From Marsupella aquatica (Eukaryota > Plantae > Marchantiophyta): a stretch of DNA of 64,000 nucleotides. Below the pieces are notes generated by a model, which saw only the letters and a list, made by a program, of their open reading frames with translations, had not been told where the DNA came from and did not search any database. Both the position numbers and the translations under genes were made by a program. The first letter of the stretch is position 1, and each line of letters begins with the position of its first letter. The stretch is taken from NCBI GenBank assembly GCA_973895155.1, contig OZ316893.1, positions 6,410,963-6,474,962 on the forward strand. Direction: 5' to 3'. Below are positions 49,479 through 62,900 of this stretch, piece after piece.

Positions 49479-52400
49479 TTTCCCCCCCAAGCCAAATGCA
49501 AGGTTTTAAGGTTTCCCTTTACAAAAGAAGAATTTTGTTGATTTGTAAGTGGAATAAATAAGAATGATTGGATGATTAAACTAGCTCTAACATTCTACTA
49601 TAACAGAGCCGGGAATAATATGATCATATTCTTGAATATCTCACCAATTCTGGAGATGGAACATACAAAGAAAGCTATAGTTTGATAGCTCTTAGACTGT
49701 CATGGACCAGGTAATTATACTAATATAATCTTCAGATGATCCTTCTGTAGCGCCATCTATGAGCAATAATTGAGTTAGTATTTCTTTCTAGTACAGAATG
49801 ATTCTTCTCAAGGAAGGGTCCTACATGGGGTGTGACATTTTAAGTTTAGACCCCCTAACTTATAAGTGAAAATATTTTTTTCTCGTTCTTACTTACTTTA
49901 ATGCGACCAATTTTTTATTATGTTTACCCCTAAAAAACTTTTAAGTAAAGTTTTGTTTTATATTAAACAATACCTACAAAGAAAATATATTAAGTATCTC
50001 ATAAGCTTAAGCCCCAAATCTTACAACCATCCAATTTACTTCACCTTAATTACTTGATGCAATTTACTCCTGGTTTTCTTTGCATGTCTTCCTTCTCTTC
50101 TCACACAACCAGAGTAGAAACAGTCTACATTTCATGAGTCAGGCAGAAAGGGCATGGATGTCCATGACAAACAAATAGTCAGGCAAATAATCTACTCTAA
50201 GACCTTCACAATGCACTCCAAAGAGTCCAACGGACAACCTAGCCAACATTGTCCTTTCACAATCTTCTTATGACATCAAGCTCAAACTTGGACCTCTACC
50301 TGAAGCTCCAAAGTGTTCAAACTGAACATTGAAATTGAACCGGTGCTTTGCCTCTTAACTCCCTAGCTTGAACCCCAAAAGTGAATACTTAAACCCCTGG
50401 CTAAACCAGTACCAAAGTTCCACTTAGCCTCCTTAGGTTACGCCTATTGGGAGGATCGATCCTCGTTTTTAACAGCTCCTGGAGAGTTTCTCGGACAACG
50501 TTATTTCAAATTTTCAGCTGACTTAGAAATGTCTTTGTCATACGGTTGTTCTCGCGATCTAATTCCAGCCTCGCTACTTGCATTGTCATGCCCTTAAGGA
50601 TTTTCCTCCCCTTGCATACAATTAAACCTATCTCCCGACTCGAAAAGTAAATTAATTTCCAGCTGACCTGCAATTTTATAAACTCAGTAGCTTCCCTCTT
50701 TAATAAAGAGAAGTTCAATTTTTGGATTCTGCAACCACGGAGAAACTAACCATGATTAGAAACTATCGGGGAAATCGTAGTAAGCAGCTGTTGCAGAGGG
50801 TGTGATTCCATCTTTGCCTGTTTTTCAGATAGATCCAAGATTTTCGAGCTTTATCGTTCGTTCTGGCAAAACCTTCTTGATCGTAAATCAGGCAGCAGAG
50901 ATCGCTCAACAGTGGGAATCTTTGACACAATTGTACCCTACCGTCGACCCGAAGCGATTCTTGACTAAATATGGGGAGATTTCCCCATCAAACGAATACA
51001 TTTTGGTACAGAGATCCAGAAGAAGTCTTGTCACGTTTGGAGAGTAATGACCTTCCTAGACCTGAGGCAAATTGGATTGGCCACCGACTTGAGACTCTGG
51101 GTAGCATTGCACAGTTTGCAGAATTGCCCGATGCTATGCAGGGACAGGGTGCGAAGTTTATTCACAAGCTTGACCCAGATTTACTTCAGAGCGTGTGAGT
51201 CTTGCCTGCCCCTGCTGGTACAGCACTCCCGACAGCACTTGTGGTACAAGGAATTTCAATACTAGAGGGCCACTATTCAGTTTGAAGAGCCACAATACAT
51301 GCCTCTGTTGTGTAGTATGATCTGAACCTCATGCCAATGAGGTATTCTATTATGTGAGGAAACACGAATTTTGTTAGCGAGGAGAATGTTGTTAGCGAGA
51401 TACTCCAGGTTTTACTTTTTTAAAAACTTTTTGCTGCCTTTTATATATTTTGTGTGTTTTTACGACTCCAGATGGCTAGCGAGGTCGCTAGCCAAAAAAG
51501 GAGTCCCAAAATGAACTAGCTTGTTGTTAGGGAGAAGTTGGATATAGAAAAATTAGGGGCCATGGTAAGAAGAGTTTTACTTGTGCTAGTAAAATTTTTA
51601 CTGTTTACTTGCACACTACAATGACCCCATGCCAATATAAGAGCACTCAAGCACAAGCTCAGATTGAAGATAGCGGCATGGGTCAGCCTGTCTTATCTAA
51701 TTGATGTATTGTAGAGGGCTACTCTGGTGGTAGCAATGGGAGGTCGTACTGGTAACAAAGCTATGTGAAGATGATTGGTTTCTGTAAATCGAGGTCTCTC
51801 CTCTACCGGCCAGTCATCAAAGTCACCAGTAATCGAGATCTCTTTTAGCCATTACTAAAGGCGCAAGAAGGAACACACATGATGGATCTCTGCAGATCTG
51901 TTGAAGAGACTCAGTGTGCTTTTCGTATCAAACGTGCTCGATCCCTGTCAACGAAGCGGGCAAAGAAGAAGACAGTGTAGATGGTCGGCTACGTGTGCTT
52001 CTGGAATCAACGGAAAGGAGCTGACCATAGCGAATGAGTGAGTGGGGGAATGAATGAATGAATCCATTTGGATCCCATGTCGGTCAGGTTGAGCAATGCA
52101 TTCTTGTGAACAAGATTCTCCTCTGGAATTAATTTATGAATTTCAATATAATGAATGCGCTGTAAACTCCACGGAATCGATTCTTGCAAGTAGACGTACC
52201 AAAAGTGAGCAAAGTTCCCATGGAAGTAAATACGAGCCGAGTAAGCGGGCAGAGTAAAAACCACAGACCATCTAAAAGCATCACTTCGTTTCTCCTCGCA
52301 TTTCTCTGATATTCTAGCTCTGACAAAAACTACAGGTGACTGATCAATTTTGATAGAATAAGATCTTGAAGGAGAACTTAAGCAGTCCAGCCAGCCCAGC

Positions 52401-53717
52401 TGAAAAGCTCCTTCTGAAATGTGGATATCTGTGGTCTCAAACCTTTTACTCTCGTGAAAGGCCCGGTGAAAGGTCAACAGAGACAACAGGGCAGAACTAG
52501 CAACGACAAGTCGACAAGAGAGTAAAGAGCAATACTCCCGCATGAGAGTGCTAGATCATAAAACCTGGCCTAGGTAGAGACTGAGTTGGCTTCCCTACAG
52601 ACTAAAAGTACTGACAACATTCGTGTGACAAATTGCTAGGCTTCATGTTTTCCGGGACATCATCAATCTATATATAGTTTCTGGGAATCATGAACTCAGC
52701 ATGTTGGCAGTGTGCAATACTGCCCTTCTGCTACTAGGTCAAAATACTGCCCTGCTACCATGCTTCCAGGTCAACTTTTTAGTACGCTGGAATGCTGGAT
52801 GACACCTCCCAAGTATAAAATGATTGTATGCGTAGGCTCTCATTCACTGTACACATGTGGAAGAAGTGTACATGAGCAAGAAGGCAAAAGTCGGTAGCAA
52901 GCATGAGAAGTCACAATGTCAATGGTCAACGTATATGTGTGCTCTAGACCTGGTGAGTTATCGGTCTTTCACTGGTGCGACCTCTATTCCAAGCCACAAA
53001 GCTAGCCAATCCGGGGCCGTGACAACTATTTTGCTAGGCGTAAGTGCCGCTCTGGGCTCGAGGTGTTCAGACCAGATCACGAACAACTGCGGATCGCGAG
53101 TGCAGGACATCATGATCGGTGTGGAAAATTTCGCGGTCGATCAACTTGGCAATTGTGTCATCTATTTTATGGACCATTACGTTGCTCCGTGTCAAAGGAA
53201 ATGAGCAATACTCTCCGATCTGCAAATCCCAACCAGAAGTAGGACCAGAAGACACTGGACAGATCATCTCACTGTAAGAAAATATGTTGAGTGTAAGTAT
53301 GTATCCGGCCTGTATGGACTCTGAACAACTTCATGCTGCGGTTCGGATCTCAGGTGACAACAATCACTGCTTTCGTATATGGCATGAAATCCTCCATTTA
53401 GTATGTAAATACGAGTCAGAGGTTCCTCATGAAGGCAGCTGAAATGAGATTGATCCCAACCTGAGAGCTGCGAACCAGATTACCAGACCAAATGGCCCAC
53501 GATATACCAACTGTAAAGGTAATGATTCATCACTTCCGCGCCAAGTCTAACCTTGCCAGACGTATAAATTTAGATATTATATCCCCTGTAGCCTGTATTC
53601 AATGCAAGTACAGCGCATGCGTGCGGGCATGAAATTTGAGATTACAGGATCGACGCCAGCTCTGCACGATTTGCTGTGCACTCTACCATAGGTCATTGAT
53701 TCTTCACACAAGAGGGA

Positions 53718-54566
53718 TTATGGATGATCTCGGATCGAACGCGGTGGTGTGCAGGAGGTCACACTCGAGCTGGAGACGCAGCTCAATGTCCGAAACCCAA
53801 ATTTTCTCCATGAGGATGACGGAATGTGAACTGACACTGTTTCAGCAGGTTTTGAAATAGACAGGGCCTCGTGGCTCACATTTGGTCGCAGTGCCAACGG
53901 GCGACCTGTTGTCGATGAGGGCCCTGCCGTAATGCCTTGGCCAGATGTAAGTCCTGGTCGTGCCTCTCCTTCGTCGTCCTCCGAAGTGTCTGGTGCTTTC
54001 TTTACGGGACGTATAACAACAATGGTGTGAGAGTCATCGTTGCTGCTGCAGGGGACTGGGATCAGGTCGGCAATGTTGTTGTACAAATCTCCCAACGACA
54101 GGATAGTCTTGGAGGCTGCCGCCGCTTTCGTCATGCGTCGATAAGCAAGTCTAACCTTTCTTATCATAGCCACTATCCTCATTACGTTCACGATTCTCAA
54201 CCTCATGCAGTAATATCCTTTGCGACGCCGATGGCCATACTGATCCGTTGATGATGTCCACCTCATTGAGGTATCATCAGACGAGAAGCTCGATCTCGGC
54301 TGCTGTTGTTGCAATACCGTCAGCTCATCCTCCTCGTCCGCAGAATCATACCTGCCCTCTAAATTCTTGATCGGCGTCAATTTACCACAACTGCGAGTAG
54401 AATGGCAACTCCTGTCCTGCAATCTGCTGTATCCCTCGAGACCTCCCAAATGTCGCAGCTTAAACCGAGATCGTCTTGAGCGACCGCACCCGAAAATACG
54501 TCCAATTACGTCCACTGCTACCAGGCTCACGGCTCCGTGTCCCTTGCCGCTTCCAAATCGATCCAT
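53718..54566 (-). CDS. Uncharacterised basic plant protein
   Basis: Open frame of 282 aa from ATG 54566. The motifs GYSRL and RLRIV...IRKVRLAYRRM resemble a widespread uncharacterised land-plant family (Y.RL ... r.aY..M). The 3' end may be spliced. Confidence 0.55.
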   Translation of the reverse strand: MDRFGSGKGHGAVSLVAVDVIGRIFGCGRSRRSRFKLRHLGGLEGYSRLQDRSCHSTRSCGKLTPIKNLEGRYDSADEEDELTVLQQQQPRSSFSSDDTSMRWTSSTDQYGHRRRKGYYCMRLRIVNVMRIVAMIRKVRLAYRRMTKAAAASKTILSLGDLYNNIADLIPVPCSSNDDSHTIVVIRPVKKAPDTSEDDEGEARPGLTSGQGITAGPSSTTGRPLALRPNVSHEALSISKPAETVSVHIPSSSWRKFGFRTLSCVSSSSVTSCTPPRSIRDHP

Positions 54567-57500
54567 CACTTGAAATGAATTACGTAAGCGGTGTCTTAAT
54601 TACGTAGACACCCGTGAGACTCGCTCTCGAGGTCGCTAGGTATTCAATAGCTCTACGCAAAATCCCTGCATAGAGAGTGCTCATATTAAGCCTTGCATCA
54701 GAAAGGGAGCGTGAACTTTGAGGTTTGACTGCTTGGAGCATCTACATTTTGAAAGTAACCTGCCTGCCTCCAATATGAACTGGCCTAGCCTGCTGCGGAG
54801 AAATCCAAAACTTGTACATCCATGTCGCTCATACTACGAAGACATAAGGGGAAGCTAACAACACTTTTCTCGTATTGTACTACCGCAACCATTTGAGTCT
54901 GAGGCAGGAGCTACAAACTATTTGACACTATTAGCAGACTAAGAGTGTGTAAGTCCCTTTACTTGAATTCCATGCAGCCACAGAAAAGAAGTAGAGAAGC
55001 GAATACGAGAGAAGAGAAGAGGTCACTGGCAGCTTCTTAGAGATGGACACCCATAAATATCTTCGGTCAAGAAAGAAAGCATCAAAATCCTATGAAGCAT
55101 GAATTCCAAGTCGCCACCTCTAAGACTCTCTCAAACCTATAGGTTGAATTCAATCCAGGTCGAGAAGGTCTCTACCTCTCGCCTCGGATTTCACGTCATC
55201 ATCCCGAGCGGCTACCCCGACCTCGCCAGAACATGTGTCGAATATTGAGATCTTCCCATTCTACAATGTACATAAGTTGCCTGGCTAGCCGGATCCACCG
55301 ATGATCACAAAGCCACCCCTACTCACAGCATTTCTCCTTCTGTATTCACACGCCCAATCACGAGATTAATGGAAGCCCGTCATGAAATCTCAAAGAAAAC
55401 CTCAGTCCACGTCCGTCTCAAACTCCAATCTCAAACTCCAGTCTCAAACGAGCAGGCTCGAGACCAGTTGACGCTTCACAACTTGAATAACAAATATTCA
55501 ACGAGCCACTCGGCCCCACCAGATTGACAGCATCCAGCGGCAACGGACCTCTACGCTCTCAAGTCTCCCCAAGACTGCCTGGAGCTAGGGCCTGCCAAAT
55601 CGTACAATCATGTGCATCCCGTAAACACGTACGACCAACTGACCTTGGACGGCTTCACTCAAGATCCAGCAGCGCGATCGCATTATCTTGCTTCGTCCTT
55701 CCTTCAGGAAATCCACGCTCCTCAATCAGCACTGTCCTGCACTCAGCAGCACTGTACCGCACTCTCCTGATCTCTATATTGCCTCTGAGATTCTAGCCCA
55801 ACGTACCGCTCAGCTCCAGCCGGACTGCTCTGAAGGGCGAGGTCTCAAGCTCGTCAAAGAATCGGTCAATTTCTGAATTGCGCGGAGTAAAGCGTCTCAG
55901 AGAGGGGTCAACTTTCTCGAGTAAATCCGTATGACGAGGTCGATCACCACCATTTGAAAAGAACATCTCTCAAAATCTCAAGATTATCTAATATCACTAA
56001 CATTTGAGAGGAACTCATCTGAATCTTTTAGAAGCGTTCGAAGTACAATAAATCCCGTTCCCAAGGATCATTTGGAGCTAGGTCGTTGAACTAAACTTGG
56101 AATACAATACTATAGTACTACAGTTCTTCAATAGGGAGTGTCGCGAGGCGTCTTACACTACAGTAGCTGTTTCCTGTAGGCCCGCCTGGAGGTTGCCCCT
56201 GACCAAATGCTCCGGACCCAGTGGCGGACCAAAAATCTACGGTTCCCGAAAACCATGACAGTCAGTAACTCTGGCAGTCGCATCGGCCGATCGGGGTCTG
56301 CATGTAGAATTGCTCCGCACTAAATGTGTTACCTCCATTCAAGAGTGGTCAGTGCCCATTGAAAACTCGATGAGGTGCGCTGTTCTGCAGGGGCGTGATG
56401 TGACATGGCTCAAAGCAAAACTCGGGCGAGGCAAATTTGACTCCCAGTTTTGGTCATGATCACAAAGTAACACATATTTTCGATCATGGCTGTCCACAAA
56501 TTCTTGGGAATGTGTAGGTTTCAAACTCCCTAACAGGGCTGTGCTTCAATAGGGCATGTCTCAAACCAATAGTGCTTCAATAGCCCGTCTTAAATCAGCT
56601 GTTTGCAGAGACTTTAGGTGACCCAAATGCTGCAGGGTCGGTCGACAAGGAAAACATTCTGTGGTTTCTGAACAATGCTACCACCAGTAGGTTGGGTTGT
56701 CAATACATTAGGGTATCTCAAATGTTGAACGATGCGGGACTTCAGTCGGGCCGAGACTTTGCGGTGCGGGACGCAGACTGAAAATGTGTGGTACACTGAG
56801 TTGGCTACAGTACCTTTTTGCCCGGGATTTTTCACACAAGGCAGGGCAACTCATTGCGAGCCCTGTCAAATTTCAACCTCCTTTGCTTACAGATGCCCGG
56901 AAACCACGTCCCAGCTGTAGTTTCGGCCACAATTTTTGCGGGTCAGTAGCCTGGACTACTAATGATAAGTACAAAGATTGAGACTCCCTATATATTGGAG
57001 TCTGCATGAAAAATAGGTTAGCACAAATGCATCAGCATTCGTAAAAAGAAGAAGAATCAAATTCATAAACTTGATAATATTGGGTTTACCTGCAGGCAGG
57101 TTTTGTCACCTGTCTCAAACCAGAAATCCCCCGGTTTACCCAAAAGCTGGGTAAACTTTCTGGGTAATGTAAATGTCCTAAGGGACTAACCTAGGAAAAA
57201 TGAGAAAAGGTTCACTTGTGACACCCTAATAGTTAAGTTCAGGTGGGATTAGTTTGCCATCTAAAAACAGTAAATTGATTTGAGACCCCCTGATAGATCC
57301 ACTTATTAGGGAGTCTGAAAGCTTCGAATGTTAAGTATGATGACTTTTGTCCATAAAAAAATGATCCTAACTTTTTCACAAGATTATGTAAAAGTTTTTT
57401 CTCAATAGTGTGTACAATGACTAATGTACTGGCAACAATTCATATAACTAACTGTAATGGCATAAGAACAAATCTCTATGGGACAAAGTTATGGACTACT

Positions 57501-60500
57501 AATTTGGTAGTCCATAATTTTTTGTGCCCCTAATTACTAAGTTAAGGCCTATCAAATTATGAGCTCTGAAACACCCTCTTGGGTTAAGTTTGCACAAAGC
57601 TGTGTAAACTTGTGTTTAAATCGGGAAAATGGGGAAACAATTTATTTGAGGCCCCGTATTAATACTTGCCTTGTTCTTTGACGACCGATGTCAGTGGGGA
57701 GGGGATCAAACCGCATTAGCGACTATACAGTAGCTGCCTAAAAATCCGACTGTTCCAGATTTCTGATTCTGCCGGCCACGAGCCGAACGATGAACAAGCT
57801 AGCATGGTATTCCTGTCATCACGCTAATAATACGGTACAGCCGGCTTCGCCATTAATAACAAAACCGTACATACAGGTAGAAAGACCTCTATAGCGTATA
57901 GTACTCACGTATGGTACCGTCCTGTACATGATGGCGGTATGGATCGTATGATGGAGTATTTCAAAATGAATATTTACCAGCGCGCGCATGCAAACTGCCG
58001 ATTAACGTGTGTAAAAATTGATTGAAGAGCCGGCCGTCGATGCTTGTATGTAACGGACAAGATTCAAAGTGGGCTAGATTATTCGTTTCGGTATTCATGG
58101 TCCACTTCTCTGAAAATTCCTCCGCAGACTAGGGTACAGTACACTCTGCATCGTATTATGAGCGTAATCGTACAGTCTCGATGATTCCAAAGAAGCGGGG
58201 AAATAACATGTCAGCGCTAATTTCTGACTGGTATTTATTGTTCGTCGATGCAGAAAAGCGACGGTCGCGATGGGGCTTGTGTAATTATTATATTTCTCCG
58301 GCTTAAAAGAAAGAATAAGTATTCAGTATTGACAGGCAGCAATGTACTGTAGCTTGGTCGACGGGCGAAGAGCCTTCACAGTTCACATGATGATTTAGGA
58401 GACTTTATTATGGACGCGGTAGTTTCGGTATAATTTTTGTCAGTGGAGGTGGATACAATTATTACTTTGTTCTTTACCACACACTAGTGCGAATACAGTA
58501 CTTCAATAGTGCATATAGACTGAAGAGATCGATCTGAACTCTGAAGATACTAAAATTTCGGACAGAGGTGTACCGAGTACCTCAGCTCAAGAATTGAATC
58601 ATTTTCAAATCATTTGAAGACGCAGCAAGTAGACCAGTAACTTTATCCTGACGAAGGGGGAGAGCAAAGGACTGTAGAAGGGTGGTAGACTCGGATAGAT
58701 TTGGGGAAAGCAAGATTAGATTTTTCCTTGTGATGGATGTTTAGTTGCGGGGTTGCAGTGTCTTCACTGAGCACAGCTCGTGTATTGATGGGTCATTTAC
58801 CTCTGAGGCAGCTCTGTCGTGCCCACCCGTGGATGTCGGTTGGGGGACCAAGGCCCCTGCGGCCTGCGTAAACTAGCAATGCCTTGTGGTCCAAAATTGA
58901 GAAAACGTATCATTGATTCCACCACAAAGTAGTAAAACTAGTGCCTGAGCTCTTTTGTGGGGTCATCAGTCGTGTGCTAAATTGAGAAAAATATCATTCC
59001 TTGAATCCTCTCTACCACAGAACAGAAAAAACTTCTAAATGAGCCCTTTTTGGGGCTGTCAAGTTGCTGTGTCCGTTATTCGGGACCCTGCTCAATTTTG
59101 ACACCGTCTATTACAACTCAACTACTGTACCATATCAGAAGAGCCTGGTTGTCTGAAATAATTGCTATTAATATCTCAAAGGCTTACAAGACTATTTAGT
59201 AATTGAATTAAAGCACTAAAGGCTCGTAAAGATTTTGAGCAAATTGTTTTCAGCAATTGACTTGAACAAGACAGTAATCTACTGTAGTGAATCGTTAACG
59301 GAAACATGACGCTTTGTGTGATGAACTGATGATTGTATTATTGGAATGTACTTCTCAGCTACAGTAGGTGAAACATTCCATCGAATCCATTCCAGAGAAC
59401 ACAAGGGAACGCGAAGCTCGATTGTTAGTGCAAAAGACGCAGTGTAACAGTACTACGCTGATCAGTGTTACAGGACTTTCTCTAGTCGTATTATGCTCTG
59501 TCACAAGATCAAGAGGGCACAATCAGAATGCCAGTAGTGATCGTGATAGTCCAACCCCTTTTTCGGCTTGAAACACTCTCTGTCGTTTTCCCACGCATTT
59601 GTATTCTCTTCTACCATGCTTGCATGGCTTCCTATCGTTTATTTGAAGAGCAAGCGAGGGGAAAGTTAATTATGATCTAACTATTAATAGGAGCATCAAA
59701 CCACGAAACGCAGCCATGCATCCTGCGCGGGACTCTCGGCCCAAAGGCCCAACGAGCCACACGGATAGAAGGAACAGGAAGCAAACAGCTATGAACGACT
59801 TTTCTGTTGCCTGGCACGAGTAATCATTATCCTGTGAGGGCAGTTACTAAGCCATGCTTTCCAGCACCGTTACCGTTGCATGTGGTTCCTGCAAGGCAAT
59901 CGGAAGCGCTTGCGGTGGATGCATTCTAAACGTCCAAGACAAGGATTGGCAGGCAGGCTTTATGTTACATATAACCATGCCTCACAGAGACAACCGTCAA
60001 ACAATCATATCCGCTCATCCCCGCTCTAGTCTAGATTGGGTCAAGTGAAGAGCAATTCACTCAAATCATCGACAGCCCAGATCTTCAGAGCCCATGAATG
60101 GCTGTTCAGTTGAACAAGTGATATGAAATGAATTTGATTTCAGGAGAATACCAGGTCAGCTTTTTTCTGGTGTCCTCACCTCATCACATAAGTGAGTGCG
60201 TACACAATTCAATCTTTGGACTTATGCTGGGGTACTTCTTAATACAAAACTCTTATGTTCGACAACTTTCCTACCATCGCCTTCTTAATGCGTACAATTA
60301 CATTTCTGTTTTAAACAAACCTGTTCCAATTACGAATCACGGAAAAGAGAACATAATAACGATTGGGCCTACCTAGTGGGGTTCGATCAAGGCAGGTCAA
60401 ATGTTTGAAGCGAGTGCCTTATTCTGATGGGTTTTATTGCGAAAACCCAGGTGTCTCTTACCATTCAAAATGTCCTTCCAGTTCATGCGGGATTCCCGTA

Positions 60501-61567
60501 AAGGTCCATGGTCCAAGTTGAAAGGGAATTTCCGTTTGGCGCAAATTTCCAGGCCATGCACAGATTCCCTCGCCGCGCACCTCACCTATCCACGCGCCGC
60601 TTGAGCTTGAACAAGATCTGCCCACGCACTTCGGTGCGACGATAGACATCCCGCAGCCACGAATGTACTATTGGACTCAATGATTGAGAATTTGACGGAG
60701 GACTTCGCATTTTGTTACTGTTGTGGTTGCGTTGCTCGATGCATCAAGTTCCAGTTCAACACACTGAAACCGCATAAAAAAGACAGAAAAACATAAACTG
60801 AAAAGCATGTGCAAGGAGTCAAGGACGATGTGTGTGCTTCTTTCCCTCAAAGGGCAGGACGTTGTGAAGAGGCGATTTCAAGTGGTCGTCATGTCTCGTG
60901 CTTAATTGGGATGCAAAGCATACTCGGACGCAAATCGTGGCGCCGGGACAACACTGACGCAAGCAGGTACTAACGAATGCCAAGCTGTGTACACACTCAG
61001 CAAGTCGCTCGACTCACCACTTGGGAAACCATCGTGATTCTTGGTATCACGTGACGGCATGGACAGCATGGTCAGAAGACGGTCAGCCCAGCTGCGAAAT
61101 TGCAATTCGCCTGCACGTCTTTCTGTGGGTTGAAAGATTTCCATGCGTTACAACACGGAAAACAATTATTCCCCATCCTTGCACGTCTTGAGCCGGGGAG
61201 CCGTGATCGACGGCACTTTGCTGCGCTAGTCACGATGCCAGAGAGTCAGGGGGCGGTCAACTATCTGGAGACGCTTCATCAGCACTGGCAGAATCATGTG
61301 GAGACGGCGGGGCTCCTTTTTGTAATCCAGTTGGGGGTTGTTGTGCTAGTGCCGTATAAATGGGTGAACCTCCATGTTGAGTTTGGCATTGTTTGCTTTG
61401 ATATTGGTGTTAGGAACTCTCAGTTTTTAAGAACATGGACTGGCTAGGAAAACAACATGGACTGGCTAGGAATTGAACCTAGGAATATGCATGGACTGGC
61501 TAGGAATTGAACCTAGGAATATGGGTGACCTCCATGTTGAGTTTAACATTGTTTGCTTTGATATTGG

Positions 61568-61904
61568 TGTTAGGAACTCTCAACAACATGGACTGGTTAG
61601 GAATTGAACCTAGGACCTCCTATGTACATCATAGTGCACTATCACTGAGCTACAGGCCCTTTGTGGATGTACCCATCATAGATCCGGTGTGGTTCATTTC
61701 CAACACCTTCCCTTGAGCCACACTCACTACAATGGTAACTCCTAATCTTTGGCTCTGATACCATGACTGATGGAACTCTCAACAACATGGACCGGCTAGG
61801 AATTGAACCTAGGACCTCTCGTGTACATCGTAGTGATCTACCACTGAGCTACAGGCCCTTTGTGGCTGCATCCATCACCGTTCGAGTGTGGTTCATTTCC
61901 AACA
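61568..61904 (-). mobile_element. 337-bp TRIM (mini LTR retrotransposon) with tRNA-like LTRs
   Basis: LTRs at 61568-61705 and 61768-61904 (TG...CA). PBS TGGTATCAGAGCC (minus strand, 61751-61763), PPT AAGGGAAGG, and a perfect 5-bp TSD ATTGG at 61563-61567 and 61905-61909. Confidence 0.92.
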
Positions 61905-62445
61905 ATTGGTCTACAATGTGTTGCTTCATGAGAGAACAAATTCCCCTTATGAGGTATAAATTCTATCTTAGCTCTGATCTACGAAAGAAGCTTTGAAGTT
62001 CAATCCTTCCCATGAAATTTGAATTTACAGGATCATGATCTATTTAAGGGAGATTCCAGAGCATATTTTGTTTAGGAGAATGTAGGAGAACTTACAAGAG
62101 GAGAGACTTACAATGTCTGGAATCCCGTGATCCCATCTTTCCTTGATTCAAGTCAAAAGTGAAATGCCCTTCTCTTTTTTTTTCCCTCGAAAAAACTCAT
62201 TAAAATTCATCCAAAAAGCCAGCATACACCATGGGTGGCCCACAAAAGGGGGGAACCAAAGGTCACGGAGCCAAAGGAACCGGAGAGGCTGGCACCAGGA
62301 GAGGAGCAAGCCCAGCACCCAGGGGGCCAAACAAGACATTTAACTACTGCAGAAAAAGCGACACAACTCCAAAGATCGGCCAGTGAAGAGGTACGGTCGG
62401 GGCACCTACCAGTGGGTCCGTAAGAAAGGAAAAAACAATATAGAT

Positions 62446-62900
62446 CTAGCCTGCAGTGAAGCTCCTACTCCTGAAATACACACTAAACCATGGAGGGCAA
62501 GGAGGCACCGGAGGCACTTGTGGGATATCCTCATGGATTTTCCACAGTCCAACCCAAGATCCGTAGTTGAAAGTCACGTAGGAGATGGAGTCACCTAAAG
62601 AGATTTTACTGGCCTGAATTTTAAATTGTTGTTTGGCCCAGTCTCTTGGGATATAAATCCCCAGGTGGTGCCAGGATTTCCTGATGACCACACTATCACA
62701 AGAACTAGTATGCTCAATGAAGAGTGAACTCCTGTCCTTCCAAAGGATCCAGGAAAACAATGGCCCGAAGGGTATGCCAAAGTTTCAGGGGTGCATCCCA
62801 ACCATCCGGGATGGGGGCATCCACACATATGTATGCCCTTCTCTTAAAAGGAGTATGTCTTGCCACCTGGATCCAATTTGAACATAAATTATGGCAGATT
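62446..62900 (-). pseudogene. Possible decayed LINE ORF2 C-terminal fragment
   Basis: SWILWKDR resembles the W.iWk.RN motif at the end of plant LINE ORF2. The rest is highly degenerate. Confidence 0.25.

Noticed and set aside
50802-51265. Frameshifted ORF pieces, possibly a TE gene remnant
   Set aside because: I could not support any family motif or element boundary.
61586-61860. Two tRNA genes
   Set aside because: The anticodon arms do not pair well, and both copies lie inside the LTRs of a TRIM with PBS, PPT and TSD.
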